Part shown: positions 1 through 8,898 of the stretch, piece by piece
How the letters are laid out: the number at the start of each line of letters is the position of its first letter
Position numbering within the stretch: position 1 is the stretch's first letter
NCBI GenBank assembly: GCA_041745835.1
Contig: JBGTIA010000745.1
Coordinates: forward strand, 1-31,362
Reading direction: 5' to 3'
DNA from: Ilumatobacteraceae bacterium
GTDB lineage: Bacteria > Actinomycetota > Acidimicrobiia > Acidimicrobiales > Ilumatobacteraceae
DNA: 31,362 bases
The notes under the pieces: generated by a model
What the model saw: only the letters and a program-made list of their open reading frames with translations
Database searches by the model: none
What the model was told of the DNA's origin: nothing
Made by a program: the position numbers and the translations under genes

Positions 1-373
1 CGTCTGCCAGGCGGGCCATCGCCTCGTCGACCAGATCGGTCGGGTTCGCCTCGCCCCGCCACGACAGCAACAGCTGGATCGCCCGGTGCGCCACCTGGCC
101 CTTCGCCGTCGCCGGTTTCCACTCGAAGTCGTCGGGCAGCAGGTGGAACTCCTCGCAGCCCAGCACCGTCGCGATCTTGTGCTTGGAGACGAACACCTCC
201 TGGTTCGGGCGCAGGCGCTCGGCGAACTCGTCGAGCGCGGCACGCATCTCGGTGCGGATGTCGGCGACGAGGTCGGGTTCGAACACGAGCGGCTCACCCG
301 AGCGGCGCAGCGCCCCGAGTGTCTTGAGTTGGCTCGGCGTGAGGATTGGTTCTTCCAACGCATCGACGCTCAC
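1..373 (-). CDS. Probable PD-(D/E)XK nuclease-family (AddB/RecB-like) protein, N-terminal part; runs off the window start
   Basis: Not in the ORF track. My translation from GTG at 373 is open to the edge: MSVDALEEPILTPSQLKTLGALRRSGEPLVFEPDLV...VSKHKIATVLGCE...FEWKPATAKGQVAHRAIQLLL. The G-x-x-x-H-x-A element resembles the N-terminal part of PDDEXK_1 proteins. The catalytic motifs lie outside the window. Confidence 0.55.
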   Translation of the reverse strand, partial: MSVDALEEPILTPSQLKTLGALRRSGEPLVFEPDLVADIRTEMRAALDEFAERLRPNQEVFVSKHKIATVLGCEEFHLLPDDFEWKPATAKGQVAHRAIQLLLSWRGEANPTDLVDEAMARLAD

Positions 374-445
374 GAGCCGACTGTATTCGTCGTCGTGACG
401 GAATGACCGTTCTGCGCCAGTCGGCGTCGGTAGCCTCGGTCCGTC

Positions 446-1048
446 ATGAAGCACCAGTGGTTGGCCTACGTCATCGTCGGACTATTGTCGATCGGCGCCG
501 GCGTTGCCATCGCCGGGCTGCCCGACAACGTCCCGGTCGACGCCACGATCGTCGCTCCGACGACCGACGTCGACCCGGAACCCACCCTGCCCGAGACCAC
601 GGTGGCAACGACGACTGTGCCGCCGACCACCGAGCCCGAGACCACCGAGCCTGAGACCGCCAAGGCAACCACCACCGTGGCACCGACCACTACCGTGCCG
701 GACACGACGGCGCCGGACACGACTGACTCGGGGTCCACCCAGCTTCCGGACCGCGGCGAACTGAATGTCGCTGCCGCGAACGTCGCCAACGTTGCTGGTG
801 CCGCAGCAAGAATGGTGACGACGCTCGAGGAGATCGGTTACGTCGACATCGTGCCGCTCGACGGCACCGGGATCGTGGAGTTCACCACGATCTACTACGC
901 CGACGGCTTCGAGGAAGCGGCGGACCGGCTCGCTCTCGATCTGGATCTCTTGCCGTTCTTCGTCTCGCCGCTCGAGGTCGCCCCGTCGGTCGACAATCTG
1001 CCCGCCGACGTCGAGCTGCTGGTGTACATCGGCGTCGACCGCGCCTGA
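446..1048 (+). CDS. Membrane-anchored LytR C-terminal (LytR_C) domain protein, with no LCP catalytic domain
   Basis: N-terminal TM helix (WLAYVIVGLLSIGAGVAIAGL), a long Thr/Pro/Glu linker, then LNVAAANVANVAGAAARMVTTLEEIGY...TTIYYADGFEEAADRLALDL...VELLVYIGVD, the typical LytR_C pattern. Confidence 0.8.
   Translation: MKHQWLAYVIVGLLSIGAGVAIAGLPDNVPVDATIVAPTTDVDPEPTLPETTVATTTVPPTTEPETTEPETAKATTTVAPTTTVPDTTAPDTTDSGSTQLPDRGELNVAAANVANVAGAAARMVTTLEEIGYVDIVPLDGTGIVEFTTIYYADGFEEAADRLALDLDLLPFFVSPLEVAPSVDNLPADVELLVYIGVDRA
1013..1047 (+). repeat. Left copy of island-flanking direct repeat (3' end of the LytR_C gene)
   Basis: GAGCTGCTGGTGTACATCGGCGTCGACCGCGCCTG is 32/35 identical to 29906-29940. The core TACATCGGCGTCGACCGCGCCTG (1025-1047) is identical to 29918-29940. 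Confidence 0.9.
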
Positions 1049-1128
1049 CGCGAATACCGATACGTCAATCTCTGACCGCCGTCCTCTTCAGAGGCCAACC
1101 GGTTTGCCGAGCGCGCCGAGCTATTCGA

Positions 1129-2112
1129 TCACTCGGTGCGTGGACTGGCACCCGTCGACATCTGCTGTAGCCATTCGTGAACCACAGCGGCGTCCGGCCC
1201 GGCCTTGCGAAGATAACTCCTTCTTCGCAACCAGTCGTAAGCGCTAGGGACGACGGCTGTGACCGACATCTTCGCAATGGTGACCCCCTTGCCTGGGCCG
1301 CGTCGACCGGCACGACGATATTCGAGCAGTGCTTCGCGCCGGTGCCCGCTCCGCATGCAGATGTCGCCGAGATAACTGTGCCAGTCCGAGAAGTCGGTCT
1401 GAGCACCGTGCTGTTCGACCAGATCTGCGTACTTGCCGAGAATCTGCGCTCGTTCAACCCGGGAACGATCGATATCCAGCGACATCGAGCCGTCGTGCAG
1501 GTAGTACCCGACGTCCACGTCGTCCACCGCCGCCGGCTCGCCGAACTGCGCCAGCCGAATCCACATGTCCCAGTCGGCAAGGTTCGAAAGGCGGTGGTCG
1601 AATCCACCAACTTCTTTGACGAGGTCTGTTGCTGCCAACACACCTGAGCCGCCTCCCGGAACGATGTTCATGCGAAGCAGCGCTGGCATCATGGGCACCA
1701 TCTTCGGATACTGGATCCCGAGCACGCGGCCACGTGAGTCGACGAACGCGGCAGCAGACACGGCCCATCTCGGGCGATCATCGGAGTCCATCAGCGCCAC
1801 CAGTTGGTTCCGGAGCTTGTGCGGCGACCAGATGTCATCGTCGTCGAGGAAGCCCACCCACGGCCGCGTTACGTGCGCAAGCCCGGCATTCCGAGCGAGG
1901 CTGACACCCTGAGCAACCTCATGATGAACGAGCCGGACACGCTGATCGCCGTGATGGGCGACGAACTCCGCCGTATCATCCTGGGAGCCGTCGTCCACGA
2001 CGATGACGTCCACGTCGACGTCTTCTTGTCGGAGCACCGACGAAATAGCACGATCGAGCAATTTGCGTCTGTTCTTCGTTGGCATCACAACGGTGACACT
2101 CTGTCCGTCCAC
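1129..2112 (-). CDS. Glycosyltransferase family 2 (GT-A fold)
   Basis: VVMPTKNR..LL.RAI.SVL.Q, VIVVDDGSQD, GVSLARNAGL, WVGFLDDDDIW (DxD) and DWDMWIRLA motifs. Confidence 0.93.
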   Translation of the reverse strand: MDGQSVTVVMPTKNRRKLLDRAISSVLRQEDVDVDVIVVDDGSQDDTAEFVAHHGDQRVRLVHHEVAQGVSLARNAGLAHVTRPWVGFLDDDDIWSPHKLRNQLVALMDSDDRPRWAVSAAAFVDSRGRVLGIQYPKMVPMMPALLRMNIVPGGGSGVLAATDLVKEVGGFDHRLSNLADWDMWIRLAQFGEPAAVDDVDVGYYLHDGSMSLDIDRSRVERAQILGKYADLVEQHGAQTDFSDWHSYLGDICMRSGHRREALLEYRRAGRRGPGKGVTIAKMSVTAVVPSAYDWLRRRSYLRKAGPDAAVVHEWLQQMSTGASPRTE

Positions 2113-2369
2113 TAGATCCCTTCAGCCGAGCACCCGGCCTGAGCGGACCGGCGATCGTCAGCGAACTTACATGCCCCCGATCCCGACCGCTGCTCGTTGA
2201 CCATCACCGGGCCGAGCTGCTCCGAACCGACCGACTCAGGGGTCGAGAAGACTCACTGAAGTCGGCATGCCGCGTCCCCGCCCCGATCTCGGCACCGGCC
2301 TGCCCCACGTCCGCTCTGGGAATCGCACCCGTTCCTCCTCCTGCCAGGCGGATGGATCCCGGTCGCGAT

Positions 2370-4010
2370 TCACTCTGCCGGTGCAGGGGCGAGTGCGATG
2401 GACCACATGAGTGCGGAAGCCGTCGCACCATTCGCCGTGGCCGTCAGCCCGCCCAGCAGGCCGGCCCCAACGGTGAGTTCATCGTCGGTGAGCAGCATCG
2501 ATACCCTCCCACCGCCGCTGCCCGACGAGGTGCTGCGCACGATCTGCCCGGTCGGGGGCACCCACCCTGTGGTCGTTGCTGTCTTGTCGGCCCAATACGA
2601 AACCAACATCGACGGCCCGGTCGTGGTCGCCTGTGGGGTGGTGTGGTCGGGAGAGTTGATCGTCTCGACTGCTCCTATGGCGGCCGCAATCGGACTCACC
2701 GGATCGGCGCCCGTATACGAAGCGACCGTCAGAGCCGCCTTCCGCCCCGCCGTCAAGGCCACCGACGTCGTGCTTCCCGCGTCACCACTGGAAGCAATCT
2801 TCCACCAGACTCGCGACTCAATGCTCGACTGTGTGATGGTGCCGAGCAGCTGCCAATCGGGCCCGGTGGGCTCGCCGGCAATCAATCCGGAATCGTTGAC
2901 CGTCAAGACCAACAACAACGTGTCACCCGCTTCGGTCGTGGCGGGAATGCCGACTGACGGAGTAGCGGACCACGTATTGCTGGTTGCGGCAGCCCGGTGA
3001 GAAACCGCTTGTTCAGGTGGTATCTCCTCCGCCACATTCAAAGGAACAGTCTCCGTGTCGACCCTTCCCTCCGCATCGGTGACGGTCAGGACCACGGCAT
3101 AGTCGCCCGCAATCGCATAGGTGTGGTCGATCCACTGGCCTTCGCTCGAGCTGCCGTCGCCGAATTCCCACTGGAATGACAGCGGCATCGAACCGCCAGT
3201 TGTGGTCGACGCATCGAAGGTGCACGCCAAACCCGAACAACTGGCCACCGCGCCGGCATCCAGCGTCTCCGGCAAACCGTACGGAGTGCCGATCGTGACG
3301 AAATCGATGTCGCCGGTGAAATAGTCACAGCTGATCGTTTCCTGGTTGCAGTTCAGCTTTCCGGCGATAGAGATCGGCCTGTCGTTGGTGATGCTCCCGA
3401 CAGCCCCACCAGCTGTTGCCACCAGCGCTCCGTCGACCCACAGCCGAAGCTGGGTCCCGATTCGCTCGCACCGTACCGTGTGCCAGGCGCCGTCGTTGAG
3501 CTTCGTCGGTGACACCACCTCCTTACGGTTCCAGCCTCCACCCGGTGCGACGCCCCGGAAGACGCAGGTGAGATAGCCGGACGGGTTCTCGATCTTCCAG
3601 TACCCTCCCGGCGCACCGCCCTGCCCCTTCTGAATGATGTTGCCGAACGGCTGCGTCGTCCGATATCGCAGTGTGACGGCGTAGTCCTGGGTGCCAGGGT
3701 TCAGTGCCGGGTCGTGCGGGACGGTGACGATGCGTTCAGGCTTGGCCGGCGGTAGCGTGGGGCTTGCGAACGGCCAACGGTACGCGGTCGCTCCGGCGAA
3801 CGACGCACCGGTGATGACCCCGCTTCCGATCGCCCCGTGGCGATCATTGCCGCTGCTGTCAGTCATCTGGGTCGCCCCGGCGGCTTCGTTCATCTGCCAG
3901 CTCGCCACCAGCGGTAGAGGTTGGGCGTCGGCGCTGACCGGACCACCGACGAGCAGTGATGCGACAACGGCACCGGCCAGTCCTACGGATCGAAATCGCC
4001 GAACTCGCAC
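2370..4010 (-). CDS. Secreted LamG-like jellyroll + PKD domain protein with an unassigned C-terminal beta-rich domain
   Basis: GTG at 4010 follows a GGAGG RBS (the ORF track extends to 4049). Signal peptide ends VSADA. LamG-like SWQMNE...LNDGAWHTVRCERIGTQLRLWVDG...FTGDID; PKD motif FQWEFGDGSSSEG..IDHTYAIAGDYAVVLTVTDAEG. Confidence 0.82.
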   Translation of the reverse strand: MRVRRFRSVGLAGAVVASLLVGGPVSADAQPLPLVASWQMNEAAGATQMTDSSGNDRHGAIGSGVITGASFAGATAYRWPFASPTLPPAKPERIVTVPHDPALNPGTQDYAVTLRYRTTQPFGNIIQKGQGGAPGGYWKIENPSGYLTCVFRGVAPGGGWNRKEVVSPTKLNDGAWHTVRCERIGTQLRLWVDGALVATAGGAVGSITNDRPISIAGKLNCNQETISCDYFTGDIDFVTIGTPYGLPETLDAGAVASCSGLACTFDASTTTGGSMPLSFQWEFGDGSSSEGQWIDHTYAIAGDYAVVLTVTDAEGRVDTETVPLNVAEEIPPEQAVSHRAAATSNTWSATPSVGIPATTEAGDTLLLVLTVNDSGLIAGEPTGPDWQLLGTITQSSIESRVWWKIASSGDAGSTTSVALTAGRKAALTVASYTGADPVSPIAAAIGAVETINSPDHTTPQATTTGPSMLVSYWADKTATTTGWVPPTGQIVRSTSSGSGGGRVSMLLTDDELTVGAGLLGGLTATANGATASALMWSIALAPAPAE

Positions 4011-4067
4011 AGCGCCTCCCTTCTGCCAACGTAGCCTTCTGGGCCGCATTGCACCTCGCCGGGCCTG

Positions 4068-4096
4068 ACATTAAAGGCTCGCGGGGCATTTGTCAG
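4068..4096 (-). promoter_or_regulatory. Candidate sigma70-type promoter for the LamG-PKD gene
   Basis: The minus strand reads CTGACA-N17-TAATGT (-35 at 4096-4091, -10 at 4073-4068), about 58 bp upstream of the GTG. It is overlapped by the inverted repeat CCTGACA/TGTCAGG. Confidence 0.45.
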
Positions 4097-4126
4097 GGGT
4101 CATCGGCGCGCAGCCGGTTGTCCCGG

Positions 4127-6775
4127 CTACGTCACGAAGACGACCACTTTGGCGGTCTCACCTCTGAGACCTGTGCTGTCGGTGGCGCGGGCGAACACGA
4201 CCAGGTCGAACGGTGCAGGGAGCGTGAGTTCGTGCGTCCACTGGTCACCGAAGACCTCGGCTTCGACCGCCGCCCACGACGGCTGCCACCCAGCACCGTT
4301 CCAGTACTCCTTCGCGCCTCGCTTCTTGACCACGAGGCTCACTCCGGCCAGGTCGTCGTCCACGACCGAACCCGAGAACGTGACCGGGTTCGCCTGGGTG
4401 GACCGAGGAGCGGGTTCGTCCAGCGTGATCTCCGGGGCGACCGGCGTGGAACCGACCGTTGCCGTGAAGTTGCGCGACGTCCGAACACCTCGTGTGCCGC
4501 CGACGTCACGCGCTCCGACGGTGACCTTCACCGCGGTCGTGGTAGGCGGCGCGAAGTCATACGACCACGACGTCGTTGGCGAGCCCGGATCGGACAGTTC
4601 AGCGGCGACGCGAGACCAGCCGGCGATGAATTGCGAACCGTTCCAGTACTCACTGGTTCCCGCCTTCTTGATCACCACCTCCACGCCGGCCACACCCAGA
4701 TCGTCCGATGCATCGCCGGTGATCCGAACCGGCGCCTGCCTGAGGCTTCCCGCCTGCGGTGACGTGATCGTCGCTTCCGGGTTTGCCTCGACGGCGAGTT
4801 GATAGGTGGCGGAGAACGATCCGTCCTCGAGAGGAGTGCGAATTGCATGTTGGCGAGCCCCTCCATCCGACCACGAGGCGAACGTCCAGGAGGATCCGTT
4901 GGACGTCTGGGCTGCGGGCGCCTCCAGCACCCGTTCGATCCCAGCAACGGCCGTGAACGTCGCCGGCGTGGTGATCGGGCTGCCGTCGAGCAGGAGTGAG
5001 AGGCCCGACGGTTCGGTGTCGAGCGTCACCTGCACGTGCTTCGGGAGCACATCTTGGCTGACCGTCACCGACGTGCCAGCGGAGTCTGTTGCCGTCAGAT
5101 GGATGCGGTAGAACACGTCTGGCGCTGTCTCGTCATTGAAGGGGATGTCGAGCGTGCCCCCGGACACACCCGCCAACTCGGAAATGAACGGGTGGGTGTG
5201 TTCGTCATGATGGAACACAATCTCCCAGCGCAGTGACGCAGGATCCAGCGTTCCGTCCTCGGCGTCGGTGGCGGATCCGGCGAACTGGTAGGACTCGCCG
5301 GCAACGTAGCGAAGGTCCGTCGCCGGGAGAGAAATGACGGGCACCGGAGCTGTGTTCGACGAAATCGACAGCAGAGCACCCGCGCTGGTGACGCTGGCTC
5401 CGGTGGCGTCGTTCACCACCACGGAGAACACCGCACCGTCGTCGGCCTCGGTGGCGCTGAAATCGAGCGATACGTCTACCTCGCCGTCGATCGCGCTGCC
5501 GTCGCGCTGCCACTGGTAGCCGAATGGCCCTACTCCGCTGACCTGCACGTCGAACATGACCGTCTCACCGACCGACGCAGTGACATCGCTGGGCTGGCGA
5601 GTGATCGTCAGCGGCGCAGGCGCCGACGTGTACTGGATCCTTCCCACCCCGCCCGTGCGCCCGACGGTGTCGCCGTTGTATTCGCGGTCGAGGTAGTACA
5701 GCGCACCCGTCACCGGGCTGATCTTCACCTCGACGAGCCGGTGGGCGCCCGTGAGGAACCGTGTAGCCGCACCGGTCTCGAGATCGAGGTGTTCGATCCA
5801 ACCGAAGCAATGGTCGCCGTAGAAGAAGTCGCCCCGGTACTGCTCCGGGAACGTCTCGTTCTGAGCGATGTAGAACGCCCCGCCCGTGATCGCACATCCG
5901 TCCGGATCGTGCGAATAGGCGTGTACTGGGTCGGTGTAGCGGGGGTCGTTCACGACACCGGACACTGCTGGCCACCCGTAGTTGGCGCCAACCACGATCT
6001 GATTGATCTCCTCCCAGTCGGTCGGACCGACCTCACTCATGTAGAGCTCACCGGTGATCGGGTGACCTTCCATCCGATACGGGTTGCGCAAGCCGTTGCC
6101 CACGATCGCACGGAGATCGCCGTCGAGCACGTCGTAGTAGGGGTTGTCCGTCGGGATCGAGCCGTCGGCGTTCAGCCGCAGCGCCTTGCCGAACAGTGAG
6201 TTGAGCGGTTGCGCCACCGTCGTGCCCTTCACACGGTCGCCGAGCACCCAGTACAGCTTGCCATCGGGCCCGAATCCGACGTCGCCGCCTTGATGTTGCT
6301 GCTGGCTCGGATCGATGTCGTTCACCTCGAACAGCACCTGCTCGCTCGATGGATCAGCCGATGACCCGTCGGAGTCGTACCGAGACAGCCTGAAGCGCTG
6401 AGGTCCGGCCACGTCGAGAGGGTCGGTGATATAGGAGACGTACACCTGTCCTGACGTGGTGAAGTCCGGCGCAAAGGCCAAACCGAGCAGTCCCGAGCCG
6501 AGATTCGCCGCTTGGGGCAACTCGAGGAAGTTACCGAGGTAACCGGAGTCGTCGAAGATCTCGATGCGTCGCACGTTGCCGGCGAGGACGAAGAGGCGAC
6601 CGTCCGGAGATACTTCCATTCCGACGGCGTTCTGGATGTCGGTGGCGATCGTGCTCTGTGTGAAGCCGGGCGGTGCTGTCGCCGCCTGCACGACATCTGG
6701 CGTGTGCACCACCGTTGCGACCAACAAACCGGTCAACACGATCATCGTCGTGGTCGCTCGAGCCCGCACCGTCAT
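4127..6775 (-). CDS. Secreted PQQ-dependent sugar dehydrogenase-type (GSDH) beta-propeller with Ig-like/PKD-like C-terminal domains
   Basis: Signal peptide ends VVQA. Motifs HQGGDVGFGPDGKLYWVLGD, GKALRLNADGSIPTDNPY, GLRNPYR, NYGWP. Then an Ig-like ITRQPSD...YQWQRDG segment, a WEIVFHHDEHTHP module, and two terminal Ig-like repeats with EYWNG. Confidence 0.85.
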   Translation of the reverse strand: MTVRARATTTMIVLTGLLVATVVHTPDVVQAATAPPGFTQSTIATDIQNAVGMEVSPDGRLFVLAGNVRRIEIFDDSGYLGNFLELPQAANLGSGLLGLAFAPDFTTSGQVYVSYITDPLDVAGPQRFRLSRYDSDGSSADPSSEQVLFEVNDIDPSQQQHQGGDVGFGPDGKLYWVLGDRVKGTTVAQPLNSLFGKALRLNADGSIPTDNPYYDVLDGDLRAIVGNGLRNPYRMEGHPITGELYMSEVGPTDWEEINQIVVGANYGWPAVSGVVNDPRYTDPVHAYSHDPDGCAITGGAFYIAQNETFPEQYRGDFFYGDHCFGWIEHLDLETGAATRFLTGAHRLVEVKISPVTGALYYLDREYNGDTVGRTGGVGRIQYTSAPAPLTITRQPSDVTASVGETVMFDVQVSGVGPFGYQWQRDGSAIDGEVDVSLDFSATEADDGAVFSVVVNDATGASVTSAGALLSISSNTAPVPVISLPATDLRYVAGESYQFAGSATDAEDGTLDPASLRWEIVFHHDEHTHPFISELAGVSGGTLDIPFNDETAPDVFYRIHLTATDSAGTSVTVSQDVLPKHVQVTLDTEPSGLSLLLDGSPITTPATFTAVAGIERVLEAPAAQTSNGSSWTFASWSDGGARQHAIRTPLEDGSFSATYQLAVEANPEATITSPQAGSLRQAPVRITGDASDDLGVAGVEVVIKKAGTSEYWNGSQFIAGWSRVAAELSDPGSPTTSWSYDFAPPTTTAVKVTVGARDVGGTRGVRTSRNFTATVGSTPVAPEITLDEPAPRSTQANPVTFSGSVVDDDLAGVSLVVKKRGAKEYWNGAGWQPSWAAVEAEVFGDQWTHELTLPAPFDLVVFARATDSTGLRGETAKVVVFVT

Positions 6776-7083
6776 ACCCCCAGGTGTCGTTGCCGTTCAA
6801 GGGAGGAGCGGCTGGACGGCACCATAGACCTCCGCACTGTGACGCTGCAACTGCCATCGGGGACTCCAGCCGCGCGGGGTGTGCCGGAAGAATGCTGGAC
6901 GCTGCTCTCCGGCACACCCCGGCAACCGATGCACAAGGCCTGGCCAGAGCACAATTGTTGCGGAACGTCATGTAATCGTCACACAATCGATATAAAGTCC
7001 ACGCCCACTCAGACCGATAGACCCTCTGGCCAACCCGCGTCACCTCTCTTGGGGGGCGTGCCTCATCGACGGATGGAGACCCC

Positions 7084-8820
7084 ATGAACGATCACCGCAA
7101 GTCGAACACTGCCATACCCGCCCCAGCGCGCCGCCGCGCCATCGGCGCCGCCGTTGCAGCCGCCATGTGTGCAGGAGCACTGGCCACTTCCGCCCCGGCC
7201 GCACAGGCCAGCGGGCCCGAAGTCATCCTCATAAGCCGCAGCGTTCCGGTGCCGACTGCCGACGAGGCGGTCGTGGAACGTCTGAACCTCCTCGGGGTGA
7301 ACCTCCGACTGGTGGACGACGACGACGTGCGCAACTCCGGCGTTGCCGCAATCCAGAACGCCGATGTGGTCCTCGTGTCGTCCACCGTCTATGCGGCCAG
7401 GATCGGCGAGCGATTGAACGCAAGCCCGACGCCGATCCTCACGTGGGAGCACGAACTCTACGACGAACTCGGCATGACATCGGGCGCAACGGCCAACGGC
7501 GAGGCGAGCGCCACCGACACGATCGTGATGGCCGGGTCAGCGCACCCGGCTGCCGCTGGACTGTCCGGGAACGTTGTGTTCGCCGAGAAGGATCGCGCCG
7601 TTCCGTTCGGCATCGTCGGATCTGGAGCCGAGGTGCTCTCCACCATCGAGGGTCAGGCGAACAAGGCGGCCCACTTCGTCTACCCCGCCGGCGCATCTCT
7701 GCCCGGCGGAGGCTCCGCAAGCGGCATCCGTGTCGGCATGTTCATGACACAGAGCGCACCGAGGCACCTCACCGACGCCGGATGGAGCATGTTCGACGCC
7801 ACCGTTCAGTGGGCCGCCGGTCTCACGCCGACGACACCAGCCCCCGTCCCCGCCCCAGCTCCAGCTCCCGCCCCAGCTCCAACTGATCCAGCCCCGGTCG
7901 GACTGACCGGCGGGAGTGAGAAGCTCGATGCGTTGTTGGCGCCCGTGGCAGGGACGCACTTTGGTGCGAATGCCTCGAAGCGTGGTACCGGGAGTCAGTA
8001 CGACTCGATCTTGGCCTTCGAGCAGAAGCTCGGTCGCCGACTGTCGGTGCTCAACCGATTCCACGAGTTCTCCGCGGGTGTGGAGTCCAACTTATTCTGG
8101 GACCGCAAGCACATCGATGATGGCCGGATCGTGATGCTGTCGTGGCGTGCGACGGACAATGCGGGGTCGACAAAGGGAGTCCCCGACGCGGATCGGGCGG
8201 TCAAGATCGTGCAGGGCCAGTTCGACACACAGATTCGGGCGATGGCGCGTGAGGTGAAGGAGCTGAATGCGCAGGTGTTGATCCGCTTCAACTGGGAGAT
8301 GGATCAGTCGCCAGGTGCTACGCAGTACATCGGCACCCCGTCGGAGTTCATCGCGGCGTGGCGGTACGTGCACGACATGTTCGAGGTCGAAGGCGCCAAT
8401 AATGCGGTGTGGGTGTGGGCGCCGCGCGCTGCGTCGTTCAACAAGGGTGCGGGTCAGTCGTTCTATCCGGGTGATCGATATGTGGACTGGATCGGAGGGT
8501 CGGCGGTGCCGATCGATTCGTTCCGTGACCCCGTCACGGTCTACGGAGCGTGGCATGACTGGGCGAGTCAGAAGGGCAAGCCGATGTTGTTGTGGGTGGG
8601 CTTGCGTGAGAATCCCGATGATTCGCAGTGGAAGGCGAAGTTCTTGACGGACCTGCAGGGGTTGATCCAGGGCCCGTGGTCGCAGGTGAAGTCGTTGGTC
8701 TACTACCACGCGAATTCGCCGAAGGGGTACGACTATTGGGCGGACACCTCGACGGCATCATGGAACGCGTTCCGGTCGATGGCCTGCTCGGGTCACTTCG
8801 CCACCACCCACACCTGCTGA
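7084..8820 (+). CDS. Secreted protein: unassigned N-terminal alpha/beta domain, (PA)n linker and GH26-like TIM-barrel domain (probably catalytically defective)
   Basis: GGAG RBS before ATG; Ala-rich signal peptide; PAPVPAPAPAPAPAP linker; GH26-like motifs LIRFNWEMD, FIAAWRYV, NAVWVWAP, FYPGDRYVDWIG, GKPM. Confidence 0.82.
   Translation: MNDHRKSNTAIPAPARRRAIGAAVAAAMCAGALATSAPAAQASGPEVILISRSVPVPTADEAVVERLNLLGVNLRLVDDDDVRNSGVAAIQNADVVLVSSTVYAARIGERLNASPTPILTWEHELYDELGMTSGATANGEASATDTIVMAGSAHPAAAGLSGNVVFAEKDRAVPFGIVGSGAEVLSTIEGQANKAAHFVYPAGASLPGGGSASGIRVGMFMTQSAPRHLTDAGWSMFDATVQWAAGLTPTTPAPVPAPAPAPAPAPTDPAPVGLTGGSEKLDALLAPVAGTHFGANASKRGTGSQYDSILAFEQKLGRRLSVLNRFHEFSAGVESNLFWDRKHIDDGRIVMLSWRATDNAGSTKGVPDADRAVKIVQGQFDTQIRAMAREVKELNAQVLIRFNWEMDQSPGATQYIGTPSEFIAAWRYVHDMFEVEGANNAVWVWAPRAASFNKGAGQSFYPGDRYVDWIGGSAVPIDSFRDPVTVYGAWHDWASQKGKPMLLWVGLRENPDDSQWKAKFLTDLQGLIQGPWSQVKSLVYYHANSPKGYDYWADTSTASWNAFRSMACSGHFATTHTC
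7924..8820 (+). repeat. GH26-like module, copy 1 (paralogous to 10186-11082)
   Basis: Colinear with copy 2 at a constant offset of 2262 bp. About 34 amino-acid differences in about 300 by manual count. 8669-8747 is identical to 10931-11009. Confidence 0.95.
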
Positions 8821-8832
8821 CCCCAGCCGCGA

Positions 8833-8868
8833 GTGAAGCGGCGGAGGAATCACCTTCCGCCGCTTCAC
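8833..8868. terminator. Strong GC-rich hairpin between the two GH26-like genes (terminator or mRNA-stability element)
   Basis: Perfect 13-bp stem GTGAAGCGGCGGA / TCCGCCGCTTCAC with a 10-nt loop, 12 bp after the stop. There is no U-tract, which is common in actinobacterial terminators. Confidence 0.55.
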
Positions 8869-8898
8869 CGCGTTGCCTCAAGAAGATAGGAGAACCGG

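Noticed and set aside
1-373. PD-(D/E)XK-like nuclease as the island's mobilising enzyme
   Set aside because: It lies outside the direct repeats, is only partly visible, and shows no recombinase motifs. There is no evidence linking it to the island.
590-730. Thr/Pro/Glu-rich short repeats (ACCGAGCC(C/T)GAGACC x2) in the LytR_C gene, plus the (PA)n and poly-Pro runs at 7830-7890 and 11877-11915
   Set aside because: These are ordinary low-complexity linkers of surface proteins. They are in frame and are not slippage-type phase-variation tracts.
446-1048. LytR_C protein as the LCP ligase attaching the polymer to peptidoglycan
   Set aside because: It contains only the accessory LytR_C domain. 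The catalytic LytR-CpsA-Psr domain is absent.
2113-2369. Possible small gene (ORF 2204-2431) upstream of the GT2
   Set aside because: It overlaps the LamG-PKD gene end and has no recognisable motif or RBS. Treated as intergenic.
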